DNA of 64,000 bases from Phoronis australis (taxonomy: Eukaryota; Animalia; Phoronida), in assembly GCA_002633005.1 (NCBI GenBank), contig NMRA01000577.1, forward strand, positions 62,001 through 126,000, written 5' to 3'. The translations under genes were made by a program, and so were the position numbers. Positions 12,301-24,440 of the stretch are shown in pieces. Numbering within the stretch: the stretch's first letter is position 1; the number at the start of each line of letters is the position of its first letter. The notes under the pieces are model-generated. The model saw nothing but the letters and a program-made list of their open reading frames with translations, was not told where the DNA came from and did no database searches.

Positions 12301-15300
12301 TTTCCGATTTTCTGCCTCAGCAGTTATCTTCATGACACAAGCTAAGTCATCAGTAGACTGACTTGTAGCCGAAAGTCAAAAGAGACAAAAGTCAATAGAG
12401 TCATCAAGAAACAGGCCCTAGGCATCGCATCTTTATCAGAAGATCAAACACAGGCTTATAATACATTCTTACACTGGAATGGTGGTTAGAATGTTGGAAA
12501 CGACAACTGAAATGAACAAATAATACTGCGCACCACAGAAAGAATAACATATTCCAAAAAAGCGATCATTAACCACAATGAGTTCACCACAAACCCACGT
12601 TCGTTCCTTTAAGAAAGATGAAACAGCAGAAGTTGACAGAGAAATAAAAGACCAAAACATTGTATCAATGTAAATAGGCTAGATGTACATAGAAGTAGCA
12701 ATAGGAGACAGCAATTTACCACACATTATGGTTGGACACAGGAATTTCACTTTATCAAACTGTTAAGAAAATGCTACCGGTAACAGCTGGAATGCGTACA
12801 AAGATTCATGACAGTATAGTAGAGAAATAGTGGACGGAATACAGGTGTATCAGACAGATAATGGTGGCATTGCACTAAATTTTCTGGGGCAAGAAGTCTG
12901 CCTTTGTATCTTGTGGAGTGAGAAAGCAGCCCTAGTAACTTACATGGTATTTTCAGATCACGACATACATCACAATTCACAAACCTAAGCGCAGGACACC
13001 TTAACTTACATTGCACACTGTAACTGGCCAATAGGCAAGCTGTATTTCGTGGACAGATCAGCTTCCCTTCTAAAATGTCACGCTTGACTTGCAGGAAAAA
13101 ATGCCACCTAAAAATTTAATACACTGATTCATTAAAGTTTTACGTAAACTTAAAGTAAATGCAAACCTGCAATTGGCCACGAAAGAATAAAACTAGCCTC
13201 AACTTGTACCTTACGCGGCCGAGGAATGACTTCTGGGGTAGGGAAGAGACTGATGAGAAGAGCATGAGACCATGAGGCTCAGCGTGTAAAACGGTCCGCC
13301 CTGACAAGCCAAACTAATCTGACATGAACTAATGCGATCACGACACACTTTTCATTCCTCCCAAGCTCAAGAGTCACTTCTAACCTGAGTGAAGAACCAG
13401 TCACGACCAGTATCATAACGGTTAGTGCCTGACATGTATTTTCTATAATGAAGGTAGGTTTATAGCCACTTCCAAGTATCAGCAAGACAGTTCACATATT
13501 CCACAGTTGTGCACATTATTCAAGTTATAACGAAAGTCTTACAGCAAATACACTGATATTTATACATCGTGTACCGTTTTCACACTTTGACAGCTCAATA
13601 TATGTTGCATTTCACATTGTAAGCTTAATCCTCAAAATAACCTAATAGACCACTGACTGCACTGTTAATTGCCTGACTATGCTTATAGTTAAGCAACAGA
13701 AATCAATACACACCTGGTATATTCCTCCGTCAGTTTGCTGGGGTCTGATGCATAAAATTTTACTCTAAAATAAAATATGAAAGGAGGGCCCGCTGAAAAT
13801 AAACAAGAATACGTAAATTAAGCAACGCAATGGCGCGAGTTTAAACTATACAAACAAAACAAAGGAGAGCGTAAGAAATACTCTGAACTTCAAAAACATT
13901 TCAAACTGATGTTTTATTGTTAGCTTGTCGTCAAACCCTTTTTCCAAAACTTTGGCAAATCACTTTGGAGTTCAAAATGGTTTGAGTGTCATTCGTCACT
14001 CACGACATTGAAAGAGTCCGTTGTGAAACAGTTTAAACAGAGAGCTCCGCAGTACAACAACAGTGTGTCAGACAACAGATGAGGCCCTTGGGAAAACAAA
14101 ACTAATCTGGGACTTTTGTTTGCACGGAGAAATAAGCTAATTTATAGCTAAATAATCTTGCTAGATTATGAAAGACCAACACGGGGTTGTCAACTTACTC
14201 TTAATTTGTTTCTTGACTGTTTTTAAAGGGTCTAACCACCTCTGAAAAAGAAAAGAACACATTTCAATACGCCACATTCAAATATTAGAATGAAACAGTC
14301 TCACATTTCATTTGAAACCTTTTGATTGACTGATTTATTTAACATAGATTGACCATAAAGTAATGATGACAGTACAACACAGCAAAGAGACCATAGGAAC
14401 AGACAGACATAGAAACAAAAGTTATGATGAACAGTAAGACCAAGGTATACATAAAATTATCTGAAAAGCAACAATCGATGTATGAATGACAAGAAAAAAG
14501 GCAAATTATGTCCTTCATGATCCGTCCCATATCATGAGTTTAACACAAAAAGTAATTAGATAAACAATAAATAGAAACATAAATAAATAAATACGATACC
14601 AATAAGATAGAGACGTGTACACGGTTGAACCAAGACAAGATCATAGACCAGGTATTTGGTGTCTAAAGGGGTAACCAATAAGATCATGGAGCAAGTATTT
14701 GCTGTATAAAGAGATTGCCAACAGTATGAGGTATTGAGATATACTTAAAGAAGAATCAGCCTTTTAAAGCCAGAATTTCAACTCTTGGCAGAACTGGCGA
14801 TGAGACTTATGGGTAGACCTAAAGTATGTGGGCCAAGAGCTGTATCTGATGGCAGTATGCCATCTGCACGTTTGGCAAAGAACAAATAAAATGATTTTAT
14901 TTTAACATCTCAAGCCTGGTAATTACCATAGAACCTGCAGAGAGTCCATCTTCAACATACTGTAGGCCAAAATAGTCCTTCTCGACTAGTTCTAAGAAAT
15001 CATACACCTTTTCCAAGAGACTTTGAGATTTCAATCGTTTCTGGAAAAAACAAAAACACATCAGATACCAGAGTTTCAAGTATGTTTCATTGTTGTCATG
15101 GTGACGATGGAAGAAGCAGAGAGCAACACGAACAAACACGTCTAAAGTTGCTTTAGTACAAAACAATCTACAAAGGATTTACTAAAAAAGTTTACTGAAA
15201 AAATATTCACAAATTCACTCAAGAGCTTCCCCTGAAATACATTTTCATCAACAAGGTCACACAATTTTCTTTTTCGCTTAGTTGATGTTTCCTACCTTAG

Positions 15301-17914
15301 TCATAAGGTCAGCTATATCACCTATCACAAAATGAACCCATAATACACTAGCTTTCACACATAAACTATTTATCAATGCCTATCATCACCTTCCTATTAT
15401 GTCGGCATACAACATGTTAACAAGCAGATTTCCATCTTCACAAGCGAAATCAGTCTCGATCAACTGACTGTGTAATGAAGACTAGTAGTCACCTAGGCAT
15501 GCAGGTATAATTTAAAAATACGGACTTTCAACACAAGTCAGTGATTACCGTAAGATACAGTCTCATTGTCTCAAGTCTTCAAGCACAGCCCTAGACTGAC
15601 AATGAATGTGTAATACCATAGTCATATCATTTTTATTTCTTATCAAATTCAAATTATTTGTCACAACATTAACAATATGTTCTCATGTAATTTTGGAAGT
15701 AAAGAATCGTAATTTGCATCAGTTACATACATTGATTAACTAAACGTTGTCAAATAGCAACCTTTCTGTGTTGCGTAAGTCTTGGCACAGGGTTGATGTG
15801 TGAACGTTAGGCGTAAAAAATTCTACGTTAGAAATTGGTGAAGCTAAGTTAACGTGAAACGTATCTTCTCGACTTCTGTCATCAAACACAAGTGATAGCG
15901 AATACAGATGAACGTTCACGCCTTCATCTAGAGGGTGCCCAAGGTGTCCAAATGCACACCCTGACTCAAATATAGACACCCTAACAGGGCTTGGAATGAT
16001 CAATGAAAAAAAAGTGGAACATTTTCCAGGTGATGTATCTTTCCTCAAACAAATAGGCTTTAACTGAAATAAACATTTTTACACGAATTAAGTCAAAATA
16101 ACGGTAAAAAGAGACAAAAAAGAGGAAACTCGAAATCAAATAAGAGGAAATCGAAACCAAAAAAGGGAACCCTTCACACAAGAAGATTATTACAAGCCCT
16201 GTCATAGTAAAGACACCGATGATGTCCTGTGTCCATGAGTCATAATCAGGTGATTAGAGTAATGGGCCCGGCCTTGTGATCTAAACACATTTATGTACCA
16301 CAAAAGGCATCAGGCCACCTGCACCTTTTGTTTTAGTAAAGACACACTATTCAGCAATGGCCAAGTGAACTGAGCATGTAAGCATAGCTGTTGCTTACTT
16401 GCTACTAGTAGCATCAGCACCTCTGGGAGCTCAGAATAAAACATTGATTTAGCAATGATTAAAGATGCAAAAAAAAACTTCAGCGCAAAACCATGTCTCC
16501 AGAATAACTTACCACACTATAACATCAGTTTGACTTGGGGGGGTCACACGTTATTGGACATGGATGCCCTGAGAAATTGGGAAACCTATTTTGGACGCCC
16601 TATTTTGAATACTGGATGAACCCCTGTGACCCTTCTCCCAAAATGAATAATCTCTAGGTCAACTCTGGCTATACATGTCAATTAGCTAACAAAAATTAGA
16701 GATAATGACATTTCCGGCCTTCCAGTCAGCAATGACCTTTGTTTCTTCTAATGCATTGTAAACAAACACATTTTTGACACTGGCAAGTCACGCAATGCTG
16801 ATTTACGGAATGTGTCCTCAGAACAATGACAAAGACCTTTGAAGCTCTCAGCGTCCAATGGAGCAATACTAAACATACATAAAATCCAGAAAAGCAAGCT
16901 TGACGCTTAAATAATGCGGAACACTCCGGCATCTAGTTGCTGATAGCCTTGGGCCACCACAGACGGACAGTTACACACCCAGCTGTCTGCATCACGTGAA
17001 CTAAATAGTTCAGCTCTTGGCTCCACGCAGTTTACAAATTACACACAATTAGGCAAAATACTCACCGAACTGTAAACTACGTTCGTAGTAAGTAATAAAT
17101 GTCAAAAGTACAGAGTTACAATGAGCGAAAGAGATTTATAGTCAGGTGATGCCATAATTAATTTTTGTTGGTTACCGACAGTTATCGACTAAGCACCTAG
17201 CTCACCTTGCCTGCTTGCGACGAGGATTTACGATAGTGAGGTGAAAGAAACCCAACAACTCGTGATACAAAATCCTCATGGTTCACTTTGCCTGAGACAT
17301 GAGCCAAGCTCATTTGTATTTGAGGTGCATAGCTTTTCCGTCTGTGATGGCCCTTAGAAGGGACAACTGGTCAGTACAGCAACATGAACTATGTGTAGCC
17401 TGTGTTATCACCACAATATAAGGAGGAAATGAATTGGTAAAACGTATGTTACACCCTTGTTGACATTTGAGTGCATCCATCTCTACTGTAATGAAGGAAC
17501 AGCAAAGACTAGGAATAAACAGGAAATTAAGATAGAAGCATACATATGCATACCATGGCCATACCACTGTAGAAGTATTGCACAGTGAAACGCCAAGCCA
17601 GGCACAGAAACTAACAGCATCTACACCAACCTATGCGCATGGCTTCAACATCATAATCGTGAGAAAATCAACACGGTCGCATGAATACCTTCCCGCGACA
17701 GCTAACTCAAATGAACCGAGGCATTTTAAACGTTGTAAGCAAGACTACAACAGCGCTTTTGTTTACTCACATCGATTTCAAACTCGTGTTGTGTGTCGTC
17801 CAGAAAGTGTACAAGGCACTTGATCATCTTGTGTGGCGGTATCTTGGTCACTTTGATCAGTTCAGAGTCACGTACGTTGTAGGTACCACTGGTCCCTTTC
17901 AGTCTAATGGACAT
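190..17914 (-). CDS. PTPN4: Tyrosine-protein phosphatase non-receptor type 4/3 (Ptpmeg-like; FERM-FA-PDZ-PTP), coding span within window, 3'-truncated before the PTP domain
   Basis: 15 phase-consistent GT-AG exons. N-terminal TYNVRDSEL (human PTPN4 TYNVRASEL, from memory), full FERM domain, linker [52 protein letters not shown], and EPDFQYIP. Confidence 0.95.
811..1024 (-). CDS. PTPN4: PTPN4-like PDZ exon ([17 protein letters not shown]...LIVRPN)
   Basis: 214 nt, TAG/GTAGGT, phase 0 to 1. Confidence 0.94.
1008..1326. repeat. 71-bp tandem repeat (about 4.5 copies) overlapping the PDZ exon acceptor
   Basis: Unit starts at 1008, 1079, 1150, 1221, 1294. Confidence 0.95.
2378..2461 (-). CDS. PTPN4: PTPN4-like exon 14 ([28 protein letters not shown]), PDZ start
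   Basis: 84 nt, CAG/GTGAGT. Confidence 0.93.
2732..2938. repeat. Degenerate 59-60-bp tandem repeat (about 3.5 copies)
   Basis: CACCAG...GGTCATTAATAACAAA at 2732, 2792, 2851. Confidence 0.8.
3763..3907 (-). CDS. PTPN4: PTPN4-like exon 13 ([15 protein letters not shown]...YLDQPV)
   Basis: 145 nt, phase 2 to 0, bridges both neighbours; not in the ORF track. Confidence 0.8.
4045..5637. repeat. Tandem duplication of about 795 bp joined by a single N (likely assembly artefact)
   Basis: 4045-4839 versus 4841-5637 near-identical, N at 4840. Confidence 0.9.
6156..6398 (-). CDS. PTPN4: PTPN4-like exon 12 (SPSKRYARR...DGNRSD)
   Basis: 243 nt, TAG/GTGAGT, phase 2 to 2. Confidence 0.88.
6801..6869 (-). 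CDS. PTPN4: PTPN4-like exon 11 ([24 protein letters not shown]), FA domain
   Basis: 69 nt, phase 2 to 2. Confidence 0.9.
7251..7414 (-). CDS. PTPN4: PTPN4-like exon 10, copy B (probably the other haplotype)
   Basis: Same peptide as 8650-8813. Confidence 0.7.
7653..7716 (-). CDS. PTPN4: PTPN4-like exon 9, copy B (probably the other haplotype)
   Basis: Same peptide, one silent change (CGA/AGA); inside the gap-flanking duplication. Confidence 0.7.
8650..8813 (-). CDS. PTPN4: PTPN4-like exon 10 ([12 protein letters not shown]...[14 protein letters not shown]...KFRY), copy A
   Basis: 164 nt, CAG/GTAAGT; second copy at 7251-7414. Confidence 0.85.
9057..9120 (-). CDS. PTPN4: PTPN4-like exon 9 ([21 protein letters not shown]), copy A
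   Basis: 64 nt, CAG/GTAAGG; second copy at 7653-7716. Confidence 0.85.
10106..10260. mobile_element. Short MITE-like element
   Basis: Inverted termini CAATGCTGTAGTGG / CCACTACAGCGCTG and inner GTAGGCGC / GCGCCTAC. Confidence 0.55.
10279..10367 (-). CDS. PTPN4: PTPN4-like exon 8 ([11 protein letters not shown]...INTFSW)
   Basis: 89 nt, CAG/GTGAGT, FERM-C. Confidence 0.92.
10751..10809 (-). mobile_element. Degenerate tRNA-derived sequence (SINE head or tRNA pseudogene)
   Basis: Minus strand AGAGCACTAGA-CCGGCAA-TCTAGAGACCTGTGGTTCGATTCCCAG: anticodon-like arm and B box, but no intact acceptor stem. Confidence 0.5.
11049..11136 (-). CDS. PTPN4: PTPN4-like exon 7 ([29 protein letters not shown])
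   Basis: 88 nt, FERM signature MYGV. Confidence 0.93.
11344..11593. mobile_element. MITE family A copy 1 (CAGGGCTT termini, hAT-like)
   Basis: Homologous over full length to 15985-16201. Confidence 0.7.
11660..11780 (-). CDS. PTPN4: PTPN4-like exon 6 (ELGDY...YLSEFRFIP...LHKQHR)
   Basis: 121 nt, CAG/GTCAGT. Confidence 0.93.
12125..12418. mobile_element. MITE with PIF/Harbinger-like termini
   Basis: GGGCCTGTTTCT..GACTATTGACTTTTTGTCT / AGACAAAAGTCAATAGAGTC..AGAAACAGGCCC, imperfect TIR of about 35 bp. Confidence 0.7.
13010..13107 (-). CDS. PTPN4: PTPN4-like exon 5 ([19 protein letters not shown]...ASYSVQ)
   Basis: 98 nt, TAG/GTAAGT, FERM-M. Confidence 0.93.
13714..13792 (-). CDS. PTPN4: PTPN4-like exon 4 ([26 protein letters not shown])
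   Basis: 79 nt, phase 1 to 2, FERM motif. Confidence 0.93.
14199..14241 (-). CDS. PTPN4: PTPN4-like exon 3 ([14 protein letters not shown])
   Basis: 43-nt FERM exon, CAG/GTAAGT. Confidence 0.92.
14927..15040 (-). CDS. PTPN4: PTPN4-like exon 2 (KRLKSQ...EKDYFGLQY...SM)
   Basis: FERM-N DYFGLQY motif; CAG acceptor, GTAATT donor; 114 nt. Confidence 0.93.
15985..16201. mobile_element. MITE family A copy 2
   Basis: TIR CAGGGCTTGGAAT / ATTACAAGCCCTG; internal AAGAGGAAA subrepeats. Confidence 0.75.
17771..17914 (-). CDS. PTPN4: PTPN4-like coding exon 1 (MSIRLKG...HEFEID)
   Basis: ATG at 17914, acceptor AG at 17928-17927, donor GTGAGT; 144 nt, phase 0 out. Confidence 0.9.
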
Positions 17915-19128
17915 GTTATCTTCTCCCTAACAATCAAAACAACAACAAGGATTAATTGAACCGGCAACATTAACATGAAAGAGGACTGACAACTGACAAA
18001 GTGACAAACTTCCATGGTATGTATGGAAATACTACCTCAAGCAGTCGGAGTGTAACGGAAATCAGACTTAGTCTTGCCCGCATAAAATTTCAGTAAATCT
18101 TGGATTCAGTTTATGCCAGTTATATTATCGCATATGTACATGTATAGTACCGAAATAGTGCGCTTTTTCAAAGAAAATTGTTTGCTCTACGTTTTACATA
18201 AAGACGCATAAGCCTAAGTTTGGCTTGTGGTGCATGTGGGTGTCCTGCCTACAGACGCAGGTGGGTGTCCTGTGTACACAGGCACGAGTGGGTCTCCTGT
18301 GCACATGTGCACGCCTTGCTGTGAATACAGGTACATGTATATATTATCCTCCAATGAAAAGCGTACAATCTTGCCTATGCAAAACATTTTTACAAAACTT
18401 AGTTTGACTTCACAATTTCTAGGCATTCTGTTATGCTCTTTTGTGAAGTATTCGGTTACTTGTAGAGTGGCAATTCCATTTGTGACGGATATACCATTTA
18501 AATTAATTGTGAAAAATTGTTTCAATCTAGAAAATAAAAAGATAACTGGCCAGTTCGAAGACTAACTAATGCAAATTTGTTTTAGTTTACTTTTGTTTCA
18601 GACAGTAAAGGGCGAAAAAGTGCAATTTTAATTGAATCAGACCTGAATAGAGAATAGAAAGTAAATTATAAGAATGCTTGACTAAATCGATTCAGGCCCG
18701 CAGCCAGCATTGAGCGGGAAGTGGTTCGAATTTCTAGAATGGTGGGATATTTTGCAAACGTGGACACTGTAGAGTTTTCCGTAAGGACTCTGGCGCAGCT
18801 TAATTAGGGGGAAGGGAAATCTGTGAACACAACGATGACTCTCTGCTCTATGTTCCTGAGATGAGACGGAATTTGAAATACCAGAAATAAGGATGCTGTG
18901 ACGATTGCTCGCAAAGAACGGGACTCAAATTCCCATGTAATGTGGTCCAGAAAGAGAACGTTCTCGCATTACCTCCTGCCAAAATTTGAAATCAGGCGTG
19001 CTTAAATGAGTGATTACACCTCATTACGTACTCGGAAAGAAATATGAAGTTTAGTCGGAGAATGACTCGACGAAATTGTTTATCTGATGGTATTTTTGCA
19101 TGTTACTTTGCTTACATCACTAGAAATG

Positions 19129-19820
19129 GGAACAGCCCACTATTTCAAAGGTTCACTACTCCGAAGGCTCACTATTTTGAAGGTTCACTGCTCAGTAAAC
19201 ATCTATAGTTAAGGTTTAATTTTTATACTTTTACCTGCAAAAAAAATGATAATTCGATTATTAGATGCACTGAGTGGTGTACTTATACCGAAAACAGCGC
19301 CCGGATACTAAAACACTTTGTTTGGATTTCAAGTGCATGCGAAATTGCCCGCATATCTTAATATGCAAAAATGAGTACGAACTTGCACTTTTAAAAGAAT
19401 TAGAAATAGAAAAATTATCAACCACGATACATTCATCAAATCCATGTAAAGGTCGCATCACAGCACGACTGAAAAGTTTAGGACTGCTGCGCCTCAACCT
19501 CACCCAAGGAACCACGCCCACCGACGGATCGAAACTAAACGGCAACCCTGTCCCTGCCAGTCTTCACGAAGTCAGGGAGTCACATTCAGTCTTCTTAAAT
19601 TTAAAACCGCCGTTGGTCGCCGCAGCCCTGACCTGTGCCCCAGATGTTGTCCCTGCTTGAGAATGAGTCGCGAGCAGACAATCAGAGAAATGAACTGTCA
19701 GAGTTCTGCTTTCGGAATTGTGGAAATTCGAAGTAGTGGATTTTCGGAGCAGCGGACCTTCGGAGTAGTGGGCCTTCGGAGCAGCGAACCTTCGGAGTAG
19801 TGGACCGTCAGAGTAATGAA
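19129..19820. mobile_element. Foldback-like element with inverted arrays of 16-bp subrepeats
   Basis: Left arm about 4 x GTTCACTACTCCGAAG; right arm about 6 x CCTTCGGAGTAGTGGA. Confidence 0.7.
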
Positions 19821-22539
19821 GAATTGGCATAAACCTAGGAAATCTTTGCCATCAATTTTGTTGTTCGTATGAAGTCTTCGGGGCTGTGCACCATTGACAC
19901 TGACTAACAAGAGAAGACTTTCTTCATTGCCCAAAGTTCAAGTCCAGGCCTACTTTTCCTTAACATTGCAGTTAATACGGTAGTACCAGTTGTTGTCCAT
20001 CTATATCCTATCTTTATCGCAGGGGGGGGGGGGCTGAACCTTTTCTGCGGGGGAAGTTCAATCGAATTTCCCAAGCCCCCCCCCCCCCGCTGCAGACCTG
20101 TGATTAGATAATCTTTCCAGTTTTCAAATGAAAAAAGTACAAACAAGTTGCTAAGTAATGTCCATACGCTATCTGTTTTGGCACATGAAATAGGCCTTTA
20201 TCCTTCGCCGTATTCTTTGCTAAATCCCACGAGACAAACGGACAACAAAAAAATGGGATGTACGTATATTTTGAGCATCATCACTTTCAAGATTGGTTTT
20301 ATTTAAATGGTTTGCATATAAGCAAATGCACTTAATTCTGTGTATAGTTTCAGTTTTGGATATAGGCACGTGGGCATAAACATGTGAATATACGGTATGT
20401 ATGTATTTCACAACACACATTGGAAATTCATACTAGACTGTCTAGAAGGATCCATCATGTGCACAGAATAAACGGGAAACCAAGAAGGTTTATCATTTCC
20501 TAATGGCAGAAATAAACAGGTTTGGAAACACTAAATACCCAAAATATCACTGCATGTCACATACAAGCTAAGGAAAATACTTGTATGAGCATCGTGTGAA
20601 TGCCAACATTTTATTCGCTTTTAGACAAACCTGAATATTCAAATTGGTAAAAATCGTAGCACAGTAGCCGCGATGATACGCTCTAGGCAAGCACCACCAT
20701 TCACTAACTGTAGCTGGGTCTAGTTAGGCACAGTTGTAATCAAATGTCATGAAAATAATGCAATGATGCATGTTTCCATAATGAAGAACACTCGAGTAAA
20801 CATAATTACAAATGCTGCCACAGTTCTACACAACCTGACTTGACTCAACACGGAAATGAGTAATGATTTTGCTGCATGATGAGTTTCGCTCACCTACATC
20901 AAGGTGAAAGTTTTGCATTGGTTCAGTGTACTGATTTCAAAGGTTCGTATAGACCCATAGGTCTACAAGCACCTCATAAAACTTCATAAATCTTCTAATT
21001 CCTATCCAATTGGATTTTTTTGTTGCGGAGAACACTATGTCATTCAACCAACATTAACAGGTTAGGTTACCACATTCAGATGGAAGTATGCAAGCCTATG
21101 TCATCTCTGCTTATTTATGCTCATGTGACACTGCAGAGGGAAGTCAAAGTTTGAATCAAGTTACACATGGTTACTGGCTGGTCAGTTCACCTCACACTGA
21201 CAATTTGACATACATTGTCAATAAATACAGTAATTCAGGAATCAATAATGTTTACAATGACTTCATAGAATCGCATTTTTTCTCATATTGACAACATGTC
21301 TCGCACTTAGAATGCCATTTTACAAGACAAAGTTCTGCATACACCAAAAACTACCAGACAACACAAAATAAGGCAGCTAATGATTTGAAACAAAAGCCAT
21401 AGTAAAATGTAAACAACAAACATCGAGGTAAAAAATGATCCTTTCAATTCGAGACACCGCAACTTCTCAATTTGTCACCAAGGTGTGCCCATTATTACAT
21501 TTCTTAACAGTCAAATCTTTTTACTTGCATAAGAAATGTCCCGAAAGTTTTAAAAAGTAATCGATTTTTAGCGTTCCAAATTCAGTAATTTTTACTGTCT
21601 ACAAACAGAAGATATGTTGATGTGAAAGATAATTTCCTAGAGACAAAGCCGGTGACTACAATTGAACTTTACTACACGCCAACAAGTTGAAACCCAGCAC
21701 AACTCCCCCCGGTGTCAATGTAACACACTACACACACACCTCTGGCAAATATACACACATCGTGCATTATAAAACAGACTGAAACTCAGCGCGAACATTT
21801 CCACAGAGCAACTAGTATTATTCCTTCAATGTGGACTAATAAACCTGCCACAGCATTTCTTGAAAATTACCTATGATATGAGCAACGTCAATTAATTTTT
21901 CTTTGCTGGTACAAATGTACGATCGACTCACTGAAGGTTATTGATTTTAGGAAAGTTACTCTGCACATTACAAGTCATAAAACATAACCCTAAGATGATC
22001 GGTATACAGAAGATGCAATTCTTATGATAAGCCATGTCAGGCAGATTGTACCATGTCCTCACAACCTTTAAATTTGATTGTGATGATCAATAGAAATTGG
22101 TCATCTTCACCTGACTTTGCAAGAAGCAGATTTTTCTAATACTGAAATTCGTACTGAAAACAGTTTTGAGAACTCAAGTGAAGACAAAAATTACAGAATA
22201 CAGTTGTAAAAATAATAAATCAAATCATACCACAAGATAAATTGTACAATGAGTTTCAACTAGAAAACCGTTGGAAGGTCTATCCCATGAGTTCAAGACA
22301 ACAAACTCGGGTGAGTGGCAGGGCCCTCCATGGCTCGACTCCATCCCCTAAGAATTTTTTTAAATCGTGCAAAATTCCCTTCATCAGGCCCACAAATTCC
22401 CCTCCAATGATTAAAAATTCCCTTCAAGTTAGAATCACTTCTTAAAGCATTGACTTTGAGTACAGATTAATTTGCCGATGAGGAGTGGTCGAATGGGTAC
22501 CAGCTAGACAACAGATTTTACCCTAACTAAAAAATCCCA

Positions 22540-22678
22540 GTAATAGTCGGCTAGGAGGGTCCCTATAAAAAGTGATTTGAGAACCAGTTACTCCCACTAA
22601 ATAATGCCCGTCATTCAGTGGGAGTGACTGATTTCCCAAATCACTTTTAAATCAGGGACCCGCCTATCAGACTATTAC
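22540..22678. mobile_element. Palindromic hairpin element of about 140 bp
   Basis: Arms of about 65 bp with a few mismatches, GTAATAGTC...GACTATTAC. Confidence 0.75.
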
Positions 22679-22864
22679 CAAAATTCCCACCTCAAAAGGT
22701 GCAGGTGACCCACAGGTGACTGAGGACCCTCAGCATGCAAGTTGTAGGGCTCTAAGAAAGAGTCAACAATTGAACAGAAAACATTTGCAAGCTATACAGA
22801 ACAAAATAAAGTGTCATTCAATGTAGTAATTTAGGTAATGAAAATGCAGCTACGTATACCTCAC

Positions 22865-23460
22865 CATTGTCTTCATATTATATGGTGTGTCAGTCAAATT
22901 ATTATTTAGACAGACACGGAATCCGGCAGACTCGGCAGTGGCAAGGTTGTCAAACTTGACCGTATTTGACAATTGAGACATTAAAAATCTAACAACGACT
23001 GAAACTTAGCGCGCAGCTGAACAGGCCGATTAAAAAGTTCGGGAAACAATAAAACAGGTTCGGTTTTGGTGTCACACACTCAAGAACACAGCCTACGGTC
23101 ACAGAGTGATCTACTGAATGATTCATTCGGTTTCTCATCAGCTCATGTATCGGCTCGCGTCAGGAAACTTGGTCGTACTTTCACACATACAGCAATCCTA
23201 CGAGCGATTAACTTACCTAATAATGAGTATCGGAGTAAAACAATCAATGCATGATTCGACACAGGTCGTTTTTCCTCTTGGAAAGTCATTAACCAAAGGG
23301 TAGGCGGGCTGAATGTTTCATTCGGACGTCCTCTCCAAAAATGGCGGTGATGCGAGTTTCTTCTTACGGCCGCCAGGTGCGCACCGGAAGATGGCACTGC
23401 GTGCGAGGCGGAAAATCGAACACTCTTCTCTCTGCACGATCAACGAGCTGGTGAGGTGAA
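22865..23460. promoter_or_regulatory. Putative bidirectional promoter and first non-coding exons of PTPN4-like (-) and TMEM177 (+)
   Basis: CpG-enriched stretch between divergent genes; minus-strand donor G|GTGAGG at 22864; plus-strand donor TG|GTGAGG at 23451; YY1-like CAAAATGGCGG at about 23336 and ETS-like CCGGAAG at about 23384. Confidence 0.5.
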
Positions 23461-24269
23461 TCCATTTAGGAAACTTTCTCATGCTCTACCACTTTGTAAA
23501 AATAGTCAGTGCTCCCCAGGTGTTAGTCAGTAAACCAATCTCAGAGCCCGTTCGATCAAAGGTCGCAAGACTAAGTCCGGTCAGTCTAGCCAGGCTTGTG
23601 GCTTGGCCTTGTCTTGGGCACTAGTTGGATATAATGGACCCTAACTCATTCCAAATAAATCCACTAAATGTAGGTCTAAATGAATGATTTTGGTATCGTT
23701 GCATTCCTCAGACATCTGGCTATTCGTACAAATCATTTTCACGACCCTCAATTACTCTAGTCTATAACTACGCTCTTCTGAACTTGGTACACTTTAGCGT
23801 TAGCCACGCGCATTGTGAAATCGGCAGCCATTTCAGGGAACTTACTATGTCTATGTCTGGCCAGCCAGCTAAATCTATGATTGATGAAGACTAACGTCAA
23901 AATACAGGTAGCTGGAACTGCTGACAGATATCAACGTAACTGTAAAATGCTTAGCATGACAGCAGTATACAGATGTGAACCAAGTGTTCCATTGACATGC
24001 AGAATTGTGGGTAAATATCACAAACTCTGAGCAGGCTCTGTGGTATTTCAGGGTGTAGCTCTATATTTGCCTTAATTCTCAAACTTTGCTATTAAAACCA
24101 ATCAACAGTTACAAAACTGTTGGCATACCTTGTCTCCCAAATGGATAAAAAAGCCTTTGTGTTTTCTTGATGTTTCATATGATGATGATTTATGCCATTC
24201 ATAAATTTTATGTATGCTTTCTTCTTTAAGACTTTGAAGTGGCTCATATTTATATTTGCAGAAGTAAAG

Positions 24270-24440
24270 ATGTCAGAACGCATGCAGATACTTGTGGGTT
24301 TTGGCTTGTGTGGGCTGGTAGGCTTGAAGGTTCTGCCTCACACTCTGTTCCTGCAACGCTATCGGGACTTCTTTCAACAGTACAGCTCGGATGGCTCAAA
24401 GACACAGCTGGACAGTTCTGTTGAAGAACTCACCGAAAAG
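24270..24440 (+). CDS. TMEM177: TMEM177 coding exon 1 (MSERMQILVGFGLCGLVGLKVLPH...ELTEK)
   Basis: Acceptor TTTGCAG at 24261, ATG at 24270, donor AAG|GTCATA, phase 0; the start codon is uncertain. Confidence 0.8.
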
